Source of the DNA: Promethearchaeota archaeon
GTDB taxonomy: Archaea; Asgardarchaeota; Lokiarchaeia; Sigyniarchaeales; SOKP01
Direction: 5' to 3'
DNA: 27,157 nt
Assembly: GCA_019894975.1 (NCBI GenBank)
Contig: JAGXNO010000044.1
Location: 1 to 27,157 of the forward strand
The notes beneath the pieces were generated by a model, which was given only the letters and a program-made list of their open reading frames with translations, ran no database searches and was not told where the DNA came from. The stretch's first letter is position 1; each line of letters starts with the position of its first letter. Position numbers and translations under genes: made by a program. This document shows, one piece after another, positions 1 through 9,195 of the stretch.

Positions 1-2
1 CC

Positions 3-884
3 CCAGATAATTTTCCAATAGATATCAAAATTGGAAAAGCCATAAGGTTCGCAATTAATAAAATGAACAATTTATGGGAACAGAAAAAGACAATTTTTGA
101 TGAAGAGGATGAAGATAATATCTTTAGAGCATTTTTGGACAACTATAATTTTAAAATTATCTCAGTGGAATTAAGTGCAGAAGAAACATCAGATCTTGCT
201 GAAAAATGTCGTCAACATGAAGTAACTGTGAATTCAGCTCTTAACGCAGCTTTTCTTGCAGCGCGTAATTCAATCCGAGGATCCTTTAAAGGAGGAAAAT
301 CTATTATGATCCCTGTCAACACACGAAAGCGTTATAAACAACCCATAGGTGAATATGTTGGAGTTTATGTTTCAGGATTTGAGCTTAAATTCTCATATAA
401 TCCAAAAAAAGGTTTTTGGGAGAATGCTAAGATTTTCAATGATAAAGCAAAAGAAAATCTCTATATTAATAAAATATTTGAATTTGCTGCGATTACAAAC
501 CTCGTTGATCAATCTATGGTAGATGCCCGTCAGTTTACGCTTTTTGGAAATCTTGTACCCTCAAGTTTTAGTAGATATGAAAAAATTCATACTTATAGTA
601 GTGATGAGAAGAATATAGCAAACAAGAGGGCAAAAAAGCAAATTTCTAAATTTCCTGGTCTGGCTATTACCAATCTTGGTCTTTTGGATTATCCTGATAA
701 ATATGGATCATTGGAGTTAGATCGTTTTATACTTGTAACTTCAGGCACTCCATATATCGAGCTTGTAATCCCTGTTGTCACTGTTGCTGGAAAGCTAAGC
801 TTTACAATTAATTACCTAGAAGAAATTACTGATACTGAAACTATGGAAAAAATCAAGACTGAAGCTTTAAAATATTTAAACTGA
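3..884 (+). CDS. Condensation-domain / CoA-dependent acyltransferase family protein (PapA5 / alcohol acetyltransferase-like), C-terminal part; 5' end lies outside the window
   Basis: The frame is open from position 3 (PDNFPIDIKIGKAIRFAINK-M63), so ATG63 is internal. Motifs typical of the C-terminal CAT-like lobe: CRQHEVTVNSAL-AA, IPVNTR, AITNLG, VTVAGKLSFTINY. The HxxxD motif would be upstream and is not visible. Confidence 0.7.
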   Translation, partial: PDNFPIDIKIGKAIRFAINKMNNLWEQKKTIFDEEDEDNIFRAFLDNYNFKIISVELSAEETSDLAEKCRQHEVTVNSALNAAFLAARNSIRGSFKGGKSIMIPVNTRKRYKQPIGEYVGVYVSGFELKFSYNPKKGFWENAKIFNDKAKENLYINKIFEFAAITNLVDQSMVDARQFTLFGNLVPSSFSRYEKIHTYSSDEKNIANKRAKKQISKFPGLAITNLGLLDYPDKYGSLELDRFILVTSGTPYIELVIPVVTVAGKLSFTINYLEEITDTETMEKIKTEALKYLN

Positions 885-934
885 GGTAAATTTCAAATGG
901 GACTGAATAAGAACTCATAAATTAAATCCCTTAA

Positions 935-943
935 TTTTTTTTT
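935..943 (+). terminator. Oligo-T (T9) putative archaeal-type terminator
   Basis: T9 run 50 nt after the stop at 884, flanked by CTTAA/TTAAG. Confidence 0.4.
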
Positions 944-1009
944 AAGATAGAATAAATAAAATACCGAAACTAAAAGAAGAAAAAAAAATAAAAAGGAGGA
1001 GATAAAAAT

Positions 1010-1462
1010 ATGGTTACAAATTATACTGGTTTCATAAAGAAACATTTAGGATATACGGATGAAGAAATGAAGGTTTGGCTCGATAATCCTCGAAACCCAG
1101 AGGGAATTGTAAAAATAGCCGCCCTATTACAAAAAACAATTGTTATCAGGGTTATAGAATCACATGGTTGCAGTAGTTTACACAAGAAAGGTCAGGAATT
1201 TTATTTTGATGGCCCAGGAAATCTTCTTTCTAAAATGAACCCTAAAAGAATTTGCATTTATGCTTTAAGCCAAATGGAGAGATTAATTTTTGCTGCTCAA
1301 GAATTATTTTATGCAGGGATCGATCCAAATAAAATGCGAATTAAACATGGAGGTTGCTTTGATGTGGGCCTTAAATGTGGTGGATGGGGTAGAATTATAT
1401 TTGAATTTGAATTTAAAGACAGAAAAACAGTAAGAAAAGAATTAGCACAAAAGCAGAAGTAA
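1010..1462 (+). CDS. Cys-containing hypothetical protein, TIGR04076-like
   Basis: AGGAGG RBS upstream. Pattern VIESHGC..HKKGQEFYF...ICIYAL...GCFD..KCGGWGRIIFE resembles the TIGR04076 family (recognised by eye). Confidence 0.55.
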   Translation: MVTNYTGFIKKHLGYTDEEMKVWLDNPRNPEGIVKIAALLQKTIVIRVIESHGCSSLHKKGQEFYFDGPGNLLSKMNPKRICIYALSQMERLIFAAQELFYAGIDPNKMRIKHGGCFDVGLKCGGWGRIIFEFEFKDRKTVRKELAQKQK

Positions 1463-1507
1463 AGAAATAACTCAACTAATAGAGGAAAAGTGCGAAAAGG
1501 AGTGAAT

Positions 1508-2254
1508 ATGATGAAGATTTTAATTATTTCAGATGGAAAATATGGTGATCGTGCTATAAAAGTAGTGCAAAAGAAGTTTCCAAGTGCTGAATTTTTAATT
1601 ATTAGAGAAGAAAATCCCACGATGTTTCTAGATGAAGTTATTTTTGATGATGATGTCGAGAATGCGATTGAACGTGCTGATTTACTGATTTTATATGTCC
1701 GACATCCCGATGTTGTATTTGAAATTTGTATGCGTCATAAACCGACTGTACTTCCAGTTCATTTTGGTGAAGGTTTTTTTAACCAAGTTAAGACTTCAAA
1801 TCCAAGAGTTGTACAACCGATTTCTATGTGTAATGCTTTACCAAATACAGGGATTCACGAATTTGATAATTTTTTCACGCAATTTGGTACTCCCGTCTAT
1901 AATTTAACGATTGAATTTTCAAGGTATAATCATGCGATCATTAAAGAAATAAAATTATTAGTGGAAAGTCCCTGTGGATCTTCGAATAATACATTAGAAC
2001 ATATTCAAGGTCAACCAATAACTCCCGAAATATTGAATAATTTTGCGTTGTGCGTTAGGCAAGAATGTCGGGAACCGATGTCTCTAGTATTTAAAAGAGA
2101 ATTTTCTGAGAGTGCAGGTGCAAACCATTTATTAAAATTACTTGAGGCAATCGAAAGGGAAGAACCCCAATTATTAGTAAATGATAAGAAACTAAAAGAT
2201 TATGCATCAAGAATGCGAAATGAATTTCAAACACAGAATTTTAGGAAGGTGTGA
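1508..2254 (+). CDS. DUF166 family protein
   Basis: AGGAG RBS before ATG1508 (preferred to GTG1490). Motifs DGKYGDRA, YVRHPD, F..FG.P, ESPCGS and AG..H match the archaeal DUF166 pattern. Confidence 0.7.
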   Translation: MMKILIISDGKYGDRAIKVVQKKFPSAEFLIIREENPTMFLDEVIFDDDVENAIERADLLILYVRHPDVVFEICMRHKPTVLPVHFGEGFFNQVKTSNPRVVQPISMCNALPNTGIHEFDNFFTQFGTPVYNLTIEFSRYNHAIIKEIKLLVESPCGSSNNTLEHIQGQPITPEILNNFALCVRQECREPMSLVFKREFSESAGANHLLKLLEAIEREEPQLLVNDKKLKDYASRMRNEFQTQNFRKV

Positions 2255-2260
2255 ATAAAC

Positions 2261-2734
2261 ATGAAGTTATGGATAATATATAAGGAAGGATTTGGTTTCT
2301 CAAAAATGATTGCTGAGATGCTTCAGGATCGTTTAGAAGATTACATTGATATTTCAGTTGGTAATGCAAAAAAGATAGAACCTGCTTTTTTGGTTGAAGA
2401 AAGATTAGATTATTTGATTATCGGGGATGTTGTAAGTGACCTAATTCCAAGTGCGGAAATTCAAAATTGGTTGTTCAAATATAAAGAAATTTCAAAAAAT
2501 GGGAATCTCACAATTAAGATTGCTTCAGGTTTTTATGTTGCAATGAAAGGGGTTTCATTTCATGCTTCATGGGCTGATTTTCTTCAAGATAATGTAAAGT
2601 CCGAAATAATTTTGCCACCGGTACTGCTCTTAAAGCTAAGTAAAACAGGATTATCACTAAAGAATGGCTCTCTGGAATCGATTAAAGGTTATATTAATGA
2701 TATAATTGAATTTTTTATTAATAATGATAATTAG
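2261..2734 (+). CDS. Flavodoxin-fold hypothetical protein
   Basis: N-terminal IIYKEGFGFSKMIAEML resembles a degenerate flavodoxin loop (Y.S..GNT..IA); DYLIIG strand; 6 nt from the upstream stop. Confidence 0.5.
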   Translation: MKLWIIYKEGFGFSKMIAEMLQDRLEDYIDISVGNAKKIEPAFLVEERLDYLIIGDVVSDLIPSAEIQNWLFKYKEISKNGNLTIKIASGFYVAMKGVSFHASWADFLQDNVKSEIILPPVLLLKLSKTGLSLKNGSLESIKGYINDIIEFFINNDN

Positions 2735-2837
2735 AGGAAGAAGTGAAGAATATCTATTAACATTTTTATGATATCTCAGTTTTAGAGTTCTACAGAAAAT
2801 ATTAATTACAATAAAAAAGAAAATAGGAGGTAAAATA

Positions 2838-3392
2838 ATGGAAAATAAATATAAAGGTTGGATAGAAGGCTTTGGAAGCGTAGTTGATGATCAACTTGGC
2901 GTAGGGACTAAGCAAAAAGTGTTGGATCAATGCAACTTGTGCCAAACTATCTCAAATGATAAAGAAATGGCTCTGTGTGTGAAAGAAGTAATGATGATAT
3001 TTGATAAGATTGTGAAAGATGAAGAAAAAAGATATAATGTTATGGGGACACTCGGAAACACCTGTTTTAATAACTTCTTCGTTAAAATCGCAGAAGGTAT
3101 AAAAAAGAAGTCAAATGGAATTGTTGAAATAATTAAGAACCTTAATATTTCATCAGGAGCAGAATACTTCAAATTGGAAGATAATAAAATATACGCTACA
3201 TTTAACCAGTGTTTATGTCAATTAGGTGTAAGAGAAGCAGAAGAACCAATTTCAAAGACATATTGTAGTTGTTCGTTAGGTTGGATGAAGTCTTTGTTCA
3301 ACACAATTTTGGATACACCCTTTACAGTTGAATTACTTGAATCAATTGTTAGTGGGGGAAAAACTTGTCACTTTGCAATTAATTTTAGCTAA
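2838..3392 (+). CDS. Cys-rich V4R-like / DUF6144-like protein
   Basis: AGGAGG RBS. Motifs G..C, QCLC, TYCSCSLGW and VELLESIVSGGKTCHF.I. Confidence 0.6.
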   Translation: MENKYKGWIEGFGSVVDDQLGVGTKQKVLDQCNLCQTISNDKEMALCVKEVMMIFDKIVKDEEKRYNVMGTLGNTCFNNFFVKIAEGIKKKSNGIVEIIKNLNISSGAEYFKLEDNKIYATFNQCLCQLGVREAEEPISKTYCSCSLGWMKSLFNTILDTPFTVELLESIVSGGKTCHFAINFS

Positions 3393-3511
3393 AGATTGAA
3401 TTTCAAAATATAATAAATCTAATGAGAAAAGTACAAATAATAAAAAAAATAATTAAAAAAAAAAGATGATAAAAGATAATACAAAGTGAAAATAATTTAA
3501 GAGGAAATCTT

Positions 3512-3699
3512 ATGAAAGCAATGGTATATACAAGATATGGAGGACCGGATGTTTTTGAATTAAAGGAGATCGAAAAACCTACTCCCAAGGATAATGAAAT
3601 ATTTGAAAAATCCGGCACAATCCGATATTTGAAGAGCCTGAAAAATTTAATAAAGAAATCATTCGAATATATAACTTAATAAAAAATTCCTCTTATTAA
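3512..3699 (+). pseudogene. Chimeric remnant: MDR oxidoreductase N-terminus fused to an alpha/beta-hydrolase C-terminus
   Basis: GAGG RBS, then ATG3512 [30 protein letters not shown], which is paralogous to the starts of the three MDRs. It switches to FEKSG and, after a 1-nt frameshift at ~3616, [16 protein letters not shown] (stop 3697-3699). The unshifted frame stops at 3677-3679. Confidence 0.75.
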
Positions 3700-3718
3700 A
3701 ACTACAATGGTGAAAAAT

Positions 3719-4720
3719 ATGGAAAATAAAGAAAAGATGAAAGCAATTGTATGCTCAAAATACGGACCTCCGGATGTTCTTCAACTTAAAGAGGTAGAAA
3801 AACCTGTTCCCAAGGATAATGAAGTACTGGTAAAAATTCATGCGGCAACAGTAACAATGGGAGACTGTGAGTTGCGAAGTCTCAAATTTTCTGGCGTGTT
3901 AAAGTTCCTCATGAGATTAGGACTTGGTTTCAGAGGACCAAGAAAAAAATACTCTATACTAGGGCAGGAGTTAGCGGGGGAAATTGAAGCAATAGGCAAT
4001 GAAGTAACTCTGTTTAAGAAAGGTGACCCTATTTTTGCTTCTACTGGTTTTCATTTTGGTGGTTATGCTGAGTATGTATGTCTGCCTGAAGATGGAACAG
4101 TTGCAATAAAACCGGATAATATGAGCTATGAAGAAGCTGCCGTCGTTCCTACAGGGGGACTTGAGGCATTGCATTTTCTTAGAGCAGCAAATATTGAGAA
4201 AGGACAAACAATTCTTATCAGTGGAGCTTCTGGAAGTATAGGTACTTTTGCGATACAGCTTGCCAAGTACTATGGGGCAGAAGTAACTGGAGTAGGCAAT
4301 CCCAACAGTTTAGAAATAATGAAATCTATAGGCGCCGATAAGGTAATTGATTACACTAAAGAAGATTTTACTAAGAACGGAGAGACCTATGATGTTATTT
4401 TTGATGTCATTGGCAAGAGTTCGTTTTCAAGTTGTATAGGTTCGCTAAATGAAAATGGAATCTATCTTTTAGCTAACCCTAAGATGGTATTGGTTAATCG
4501 GGAGAAAAAGGCTGCAAAGAAAACCAACAAAAAATATATAAGTGGGAACATGGACGACAAAGAGGAAAGGATTGAACAATTAAATTTCCTCAAAGAACTT
4601 ATTGAGGCGGGAACGCTAAAATCGGTCATTGACAAACGATATCCGTTGGAACAAATGGTCGAGGCTCATAGCTACGTTGAAAAAGGGGGAAAAACAGGAA
4701 ACGTAGTAATAACAATATAA
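3719..4720 (+). CDS. Zinc-independent MDR-family NAD(P)-dependent oxidoreductase (quinone oxidoreductase-like), paralog 1
   Basis: MKAIV..YG.P..L, GGYAEY, GASGSIG nucleotide-binding loop, [16 protein letters not shown] replaces the Zn-ligand GHE motif. Start could be 3707, 3719 or 3737; GGTG precedes 3719. Confidence 0.9.
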   Translation: MENKEKMKAIVCSKYGPPDVLQLKEVEKPVPKDNEVLVKIHAATVTMGDCELRSLKFSGVLKFLMRLGLGFRGPRKKYSILGQELAGEIEAIGNEVTLFKKGDPIFASTGFHFGGYAEYVCLPEDGTVAIKPDNMSYEEAAVVPTGGLEALHFLRAANIEKGQTILISGASGSIGTFAIQLAKYYGAEVTGVGNPNSLEIMKSIGADKVIDYTKEDFTKNGETYDVIFDVIGKSSFSSCIGSLNENGIYLLANPKMVLVNREKKAAKKTNKKYISGNMDDKEERIEQLNFLKELIEAGTLKSVIDKRYPLEQMVEAHSYVEKGGKTGNVVITI

Positions 4721-4734
4721 TAAAGACTAAAACT

Positions 4735-4748
4735 ATCTATTAATAGAT
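4735..4748. promoter_or_regulatory. Perfect 14-bp palindrome ATCTATTAATAGAT
   Basis: Self-complementary sequence read directly, in the 4721-4806 intergenic gap; function unknown. Confidence 0.4.
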
Positions 4749-4806
4749 GATATAAAATTACAAAACTGAGTTTATATACAAAATACGGTAAATTGGAGGA
4801 GTCCCC

Positions 4807-5469
4807 TTGAGTATTGAAATACGTTTATCTGGTTTTATCTTTCTGTTTATTATAATTACAAACATAGCAAGTAATAAATTTGGTTATAAAACATTCGGTG
4901 ATGTGGACTCAAAGGCTAAACTGCAAGAGATTAACACATATCCAAAAAAATTTAAAATTAGCTTCGTACTAATCCTCGTTGAGCATATTAGCATAATGTC
5001 TCTGGCTGTAACGTTATTTATTGCTTTTAGTCCATATAACATAATACTTGGAATTGTTTGGATTGTCTCTCGAATAGGAGAAGCCTTGATCCAAATTTAT
5101 GATAAAAAAAATTACTGGGGACTCCTAAATATAGCAAACAAATATTCAGATACTAGTGGAGCTGGAAGAGATACGTTAATTGATTTAGCTCGCAGTATTC
5201 TTAAAACAAAAGACTCTAGATTTACATTTGCACAAATCTTATTTTCCATTGGTACGCTAGCTTATTCTTTGCTGTTTGTTACCTATGGAGTTGTACCACC
5301 ATTTATTGGATGGTTTGGAATTGTTGCCAGCATTCTCTATGGCTTCGGTAATGGGATATTCCGTTTAAAACCTAACATTAAACCCCTGTGGAACCTCGGG
5401 GGTTTGTTAATCTTGCTTTTTGAAATAATATTAGGAGGATGGCTACTATTTTTTGGCATCATCCCTTAG
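4807..5469 (+). CDS. DUF4386-family membrane protein
   Basis: TTG start with GGAGG RBS. Several hydrophobic helices; motifs R..EA, VPPFIGWFG and LFEIILGGWLL. Confidence 0.7.
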   Translation: MSIEIRLSGFIFLFIIITNIASNKFGYKTFGDVDSKAKLQEINTYPKKFKISFVLILVEHISIMSLAVTLFIAFSPYNIILGIVWIVSRIGEALIQIYDKKNYWGLLNIANKYSDTSGAGRDTLIDLARSILKTKDSRFTFAQILFSIGTLAYSLLFVTYGVVPPFIGWFGIVASILYGFGNGIFRLKPNIKPLWNLGGLLILLFEIILGGWLLFFGIIP

Positions 5470-5540
5470 TTAATCTATAACAATTCTTATTAACTGATAA
5501 CAATTATAAAATTAATATAAAAATCAAATAAAGGTGGTAG

Positions 5541-6356
5541 ATAGTTACACAAAATAACAAAACAACAATATATTATTTTTCAGGCACAGGAAACTCATTA
5601 CATATGGCCAAATCTCTTAATGAAAAGCTAGATGATTGTGAACTTGTACCGATTGCGAGCCTTATTAATCAAAATTCTATAATCGCCACGTCAGAAAAGG
5701 TGGGCTTTGTTTTTCCAGTGTACTCTTGGGCTTTGCCCAAAATTGTCTATGATTTTATTGAGAAGATTGATCTAAGTAATACAAAATATTTATTTGCTGT
5801 TACTACTATGGGTGGTTTTTCAAGGCAGTATGTAGCACCGCTGATAAACAAGTTATTAAAGCCAAAAAATAAAGAACTTGATGCTGCATATAATTTAAGA
5901 ATTTTTTCAAATAATATATGGGGATCAAAACGAATCAATCCCCTTCCCTCAAAAGAAAAAGGAGAAAAGAGAATAAAGAAAGCTTTAATAAAGTTAGAGA
6001 AAATTGCTGAAATAATCCGTAATAATCAGAAGGATACGGCAAGGAAAGTCTCTTTTTACCCAATGAAAAGATCATATAACTCTTTTATTAAAGAAATAAA
6101 TACTATGGATGAAAAGTATTATTCAGACGAAAAGTGTAATGGTTGTGGTATCTGTCAAAACATCTGTCCCGTCGATAATATAAAACTCGCAAATGAAAAA
6201 CCGGAATGGCAACATAAATGTCAAATGTGCACAGGGTGTCTTCATTATTGTCCCCAAAAAGCTATTCAATGGGGTGAATATACTTTGGATAGGGAAAGAT
6301 ACAATCATCCGTATATAAAAGTGAAGGAATTAATTAATCAAAAACAAACACTGTAA
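5541..6356 (+). CDS. EFR1-family ferredoxin (flavodoxin-like N-domain plus 2x[4Fe-4S])
   Basis: The frame upstream of ATG5604 encodes [21 protein letters not shown], the family N-terminal motif. Also [31 protein letters not shown] and RYNHP. Start codon uncertain (see findings). Confidence 0.85.
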   Translation: MVTQNNKTTIYYFSGTGNSLHMAKSLNEKLDDCELVPIASLINQNSIIATSEKVGFVFPVYSWALPKIVYDFIEKIDLSNTKYLFAVTTMGGFSRQYVAPLINKLLKPKNKELDAAYNLRIFSNNIWGSKRINPLPSKEKGEKRIKKALIKLEKIAEIIRNNQKDTARKVSFYPMKRSYNSFIKEINTMDEKYYSDEKCNGCGICQNICPVDNIKLANEKPEWQHKCQMCTGCLHYCPQKAIQWGEYTLDRERYNHPYIKVKELINQKQTL

Positions 6357-6388
6357 ATATAAAAAAACCTGATATAATGGAGATAAAA

Positions 6389-7357
6389 ATGGAAAATAAA
6401 GAAAAAATGAAAGCAATTGTATATGAGAGATACGGACCTCCAGAAGTCTTGAAGATGAAACAGGTAGACAAGCCTATCCCCAAAGACAATGAGATACTCG
6501 TGAAGATTCATGCGACAACAGTAACAAAAGGGGATGTAACATTTCGAGATGGTTTTAAAAGATTCAATCCCGTGGTACGGTTCTTTGCGCGATTGATGTT
6601 TGGTCTTAGAGGCCCTAAAAAAGTAAACATACTAGGACTTGAGTTAGCCGGGGAAGTTGAAGCAGTCGGTAAAGATGTTAAACTATTTAAGAAAGGTGAT
6701 GAAGTTTTTGCTTCTCCCGGTTTTCGCTATGGTGGTTATGCTGAGTATATATGTCTACCTGAAGAGACTGGCAAAGGAAGATTTCCAAAAGAAGGGATGG
6801 TGGCACTAAAACCAGCTAATATGACCTTTGAAGAAGCTGCGCCTGTTGCTGGTGGGGGAATAACAGCATTAGTTGTAATTAGAAAGGCAAATATCCAGAG
6901 CGGACAAAAAGCTTTGATATACGGTGCTTCTGGAAGTGTAGGTACTTTTTCGATTCAGCTTGCCAAACACTTTGGTGCTGAAGTTACTGGAGTATGCAGC
7001 ACTACGAATTTAGAACTAGTGAAATCTCTGGGTGCTGATAAGGTAATTGATTACACAAAAGAAGATTTTACCAAAAGTGGTGAGCTTTATGATGTTGTGT
7101 TTGATGCTGTCGGAAAAGCTTCTTCTTCTCAATGCAAAAAAGTTCTAAAGGAGTCAGGACTTTATCTTAACGTTAACAAAGATTCAGGTAATGGAAAGGC
7201 TTTAAAAAATGAAGATCTAATCTTCCTCAAAGAGCTTGTTGAAGCAGGAAATTTATCATCTGCAATCGATAGACATTATCCCCTGGAAGAAATTGTCGAA
7301 GCCCATAAGTATGTTGATAAGGGACACAAGAAAGGAAATGTAGTAATAACATTATAA
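6389..7357 (+). CDS. Zinc-independent MDR-family oxidoreductase, paralog 2
   Basis: Same motifs as paralog 1 ([25 protein letters not shown]). Shares the [11 protein letters not shown] start; GGAG RBS before ATG6389 (alternative start 6377). Confidence 0.9.
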   Translation: MENKEKMKAIVYERYGPPEVLKMKQVDKPIPKDNEILVKIHATTVTKGDVTFRDGFKRFNPVVRFFARLMFGLRGPKKVNILGLELAGEVEAVGKDVKLFKKGDEVFASPGFRYGGYAEYICLPEETGKGRFPKEGMVALKPANMTFEEAAPVAGGGITALVVIRKANIQSGQKALIYGASGSVGTFSIQLAKHFGAEVTGVCSTTNLELVKSLGADKVIDYTKEDFTKSGELYDVVFDAVGKASSSQCKKVLKESGLYLNVNKDSGNGKALKNEDLIFLKELVEAGNLSSAIDRHYPLEEIVEAHKYVDKGHKKGNVVITL

Positions 7358-7380
7358 TAAAAAATTTTCTTCTAATAGAA

Positions 7381-7387
7381 TTTTTTT
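7381..7387 (+). terminator. Oligo-T putative terminator between convergent MDR genes
   Basis: T7 run 23 nt after stop 7357. Confidence 0.3.
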
Positions 7388-7446
7388 ATACTTAAAACAC
7401 GTTTTACAATTGCTATTGTTTTTTCCACCGATTATCTAGAAACTTA

Positions 7447-8403
7447 TTAAACTTGAAAGGTTACAACTACTTTCCCTTTTAAATGTCCTTTCTCATAATA
7501 TCTATGAGCATCAGCAAGTTGTTCAAATGGAAACACTTTTTCCACAATAGATTTAATTTTTCCTGCTTCAATCTGCTCTTTCAGAAACTCGAGGTTTCCG
7601 GTGGAAACATTACCGAGATATGACTTGATATGTTTATTTCTTATCTGTTTAAAAAGTACAGTTTCTAAATCGACGGTAACAAAAATTCCATTCTCACTCA
7701 AAGAGTTTTTACACATTGAATACGAAATTTTTCTTCGGCCGACTGCATCAAAGATATAATCATATTTCTGACCATTTTGGGTAAAATCTTCTTCAGTATA
7801 ATCTATAACCGTCTTAGCTCCAAGAGCTTGTGCGTTACTTATTTTATCTGTACTGCACACAGCAGTCACATCAGCAGTAAATAACCTTGCAATTTGTATA
7901 GCATAAGTACCCACTCCTCCAGAAGCACCGTAAATAAGCACACTTTGCCCTTCTTGAATATTAACTTTCTCTTTTAAGCCTGTTAATGCTGTACATGCCG
8001 TATCTGGTACTGCCGCGGCCTCTTCATGACTCATGTTCGATGGTTTTATTGCAACATGTTCCTCAGAAATGCAGCAATATTCAGCATTTGCCCCTGGTTT
8101 CGGTCCTTTAGCACCATAAACAAGATCACCCATTTTAAATTTAGTCACCTTCTTTCCTACAGACTCAACTTCGCCTGATACATCAAATCCAAGAATATTT
8201 GTTTTAGGTTTTTTAAATCCCGTCATTAATTTTGTAAAACCAAATAACTTCTTTTCACCTGTTCGAAAAATTATATCAAGAGCATTTACTGATGTTGCGT
8301 AGACCTTAACAAGTAGTTCATTATCCTTAGGAACGGGCTTTTCTACTTCCTTTATTACAAGCACATCTGGGGAACCAAATTCTTCATATATGATAGCTTT
8401 CAT
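7447..8403 (-). CDS. Zinc-independent MDR-family oxidoreductase, paralog 3
   Basis: MKAIIYEEFGSPDVL, LGFDVSG, GANAEY, GASGGVG, GHLKGKVVV. ATG at 8403 aligns with the paralog starts. Confidence 0.9.
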   Translation of the reverse strand: MKAIIYEEFGSPDVLVIKEVEKPVPKDNELLVKVYATSVNALDIIFRTGEKKLFGFTKLMTGFKKPKTNILGFDVSGEVESVGKKVTKFKMGDLVYGAKGPKPGANAEYCCISEEHVAIKPSNMSHEEAAAVPDTACTALTGLKEKVNIQEGQSVLIYGASGGVGTYAIQIARLFTADVTAVCSTDKISNAQALGAKTVIDYTEEDFTQNGQKYDYIFDAVGRRKISYSMCKNSLSENGIFVTVDLETVLFKQIRNKHIKSYLGNVSTGNLEFLKEQIEAGKIKSIVEKVFPFEQLADAHRYYEKGHLKGKVVVTFQV

Positions 8404-8478
8404 AATAAACAATTTTGAACATATTATTACATATATAACATGTTTTATATTTTTGGATATCTACTCTTTACAATATGT

Positions 8479-8883
8479 TTAACCTACAATTGCTAACGTA
8501 TAACAACAGACTGCTATAACAAATGATATCGGAGTCATTATTCGTTTTTCCCGTTGACTTTTTGACGCTGCATTCATTAATGTATTTAATGTTAAATAAA
8601 CCGCAAATATCCAAACGACTATTGTAGTAAAAAGTTCATTGTTGAGAATTGTTATTATTGTAGCTCTTTCTAAGACAATTATTATCCCAAAAATGAATAT
8701 CCCCACAGCAATTAAGCTCATAATTCTTAAGTTATTAGGGAGTTTTTCATACTTCCCACCATATGCAAAACGACCGAACGGGAGACCTATGGCAAGTAAT
8801 AGTTGAAAAATAATCAACAGAAAAAGCAAAACACACACTATAATTGCTGTTATAATCAAAATCATTATTCTCTTCCTTTTCAA
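8479..8883 (-). CDS. Small 4-TM membrane protein of unknown function
   Basis: Hydrophobic helices with FQLLLAIGLPFG..AYGG...LP..LR and N..SKS..E...MTP, a recurring uncharacterised membrane family pattern; exact start uncertain. Confidence 0.75.
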   Translation of the reverse strand: MKRKRIMILIITAIIVCVLLFLLIIFQLLLAIGLPFGRFAYGGKYEKLPNNLRIMSLIAVGIFIFGIIIVLERATIITILNNELFTTIVVWIFAVYLTLNTLMNAASKSQREKRIMTPISFVIAVCCYTLAIVG

Positions 8884-8929
8884 ATAGTAATGATTATAAT
8901 ATTTCCTATATTAAAATTCTAATCAAATC

Positions 8930-8950
8930 TTTCGAGGGTTTTCCTCGAAA
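8930..8950. terminator. Hairpin TTTCGAGG-GTTTT-CCTCGAAA (terminator or operator)
   Basis: Perfect 8-bp inverted repeat, GC-rich relative to its surroundings, between the Fe-S remnant stop (9001) and the 8883 start. Confidence 0.45.
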
Positions 8951-9000
8951 TTTAGGAGTTTTTAAAAAAAAATCATTCTTAAGTTTATTTTATAGAAACC

Positions 9001-9093
9001 TTACCGCTTTTTTCCAAATTTAATAGCATCTTGAGGACAAACTTCTACACATCTTCCACAATAATAGCATTCACTTTTAAAAAACTTACTCAA
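9001..9093 (-). pseudogene. 30-aa single [4Fe-4S]-motif peptide, probably the C-terminal remnant of an Fe-S protein
   Basis: Minus strand from TTG9093 reads MSKFFKSECYYCGRCVEVCPQDAIKFGKKR*, an intact CxxCxxCxxxCP motif. An in-frame stop lies six codons upstream. Not in the ORF track. Confidence 0.7.
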
Positions 9094-9195
9094 AACTTTC
9101 TTGACAACTTATGAGATAATCTGTTTTAAGTCGTAAAACACGAATTATTTGCGAAATTAAAAATTTATATGTAATAATATTTTAAATAACAAGGC

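Noticed and set aside
3403-3618. 71-aa hydrophobic minus-strand ORF
   Set aside because: Its Phe/Ile/Leu richness derives from the A-rich intergenic tract, and the rest is antisense to the MDR remnant
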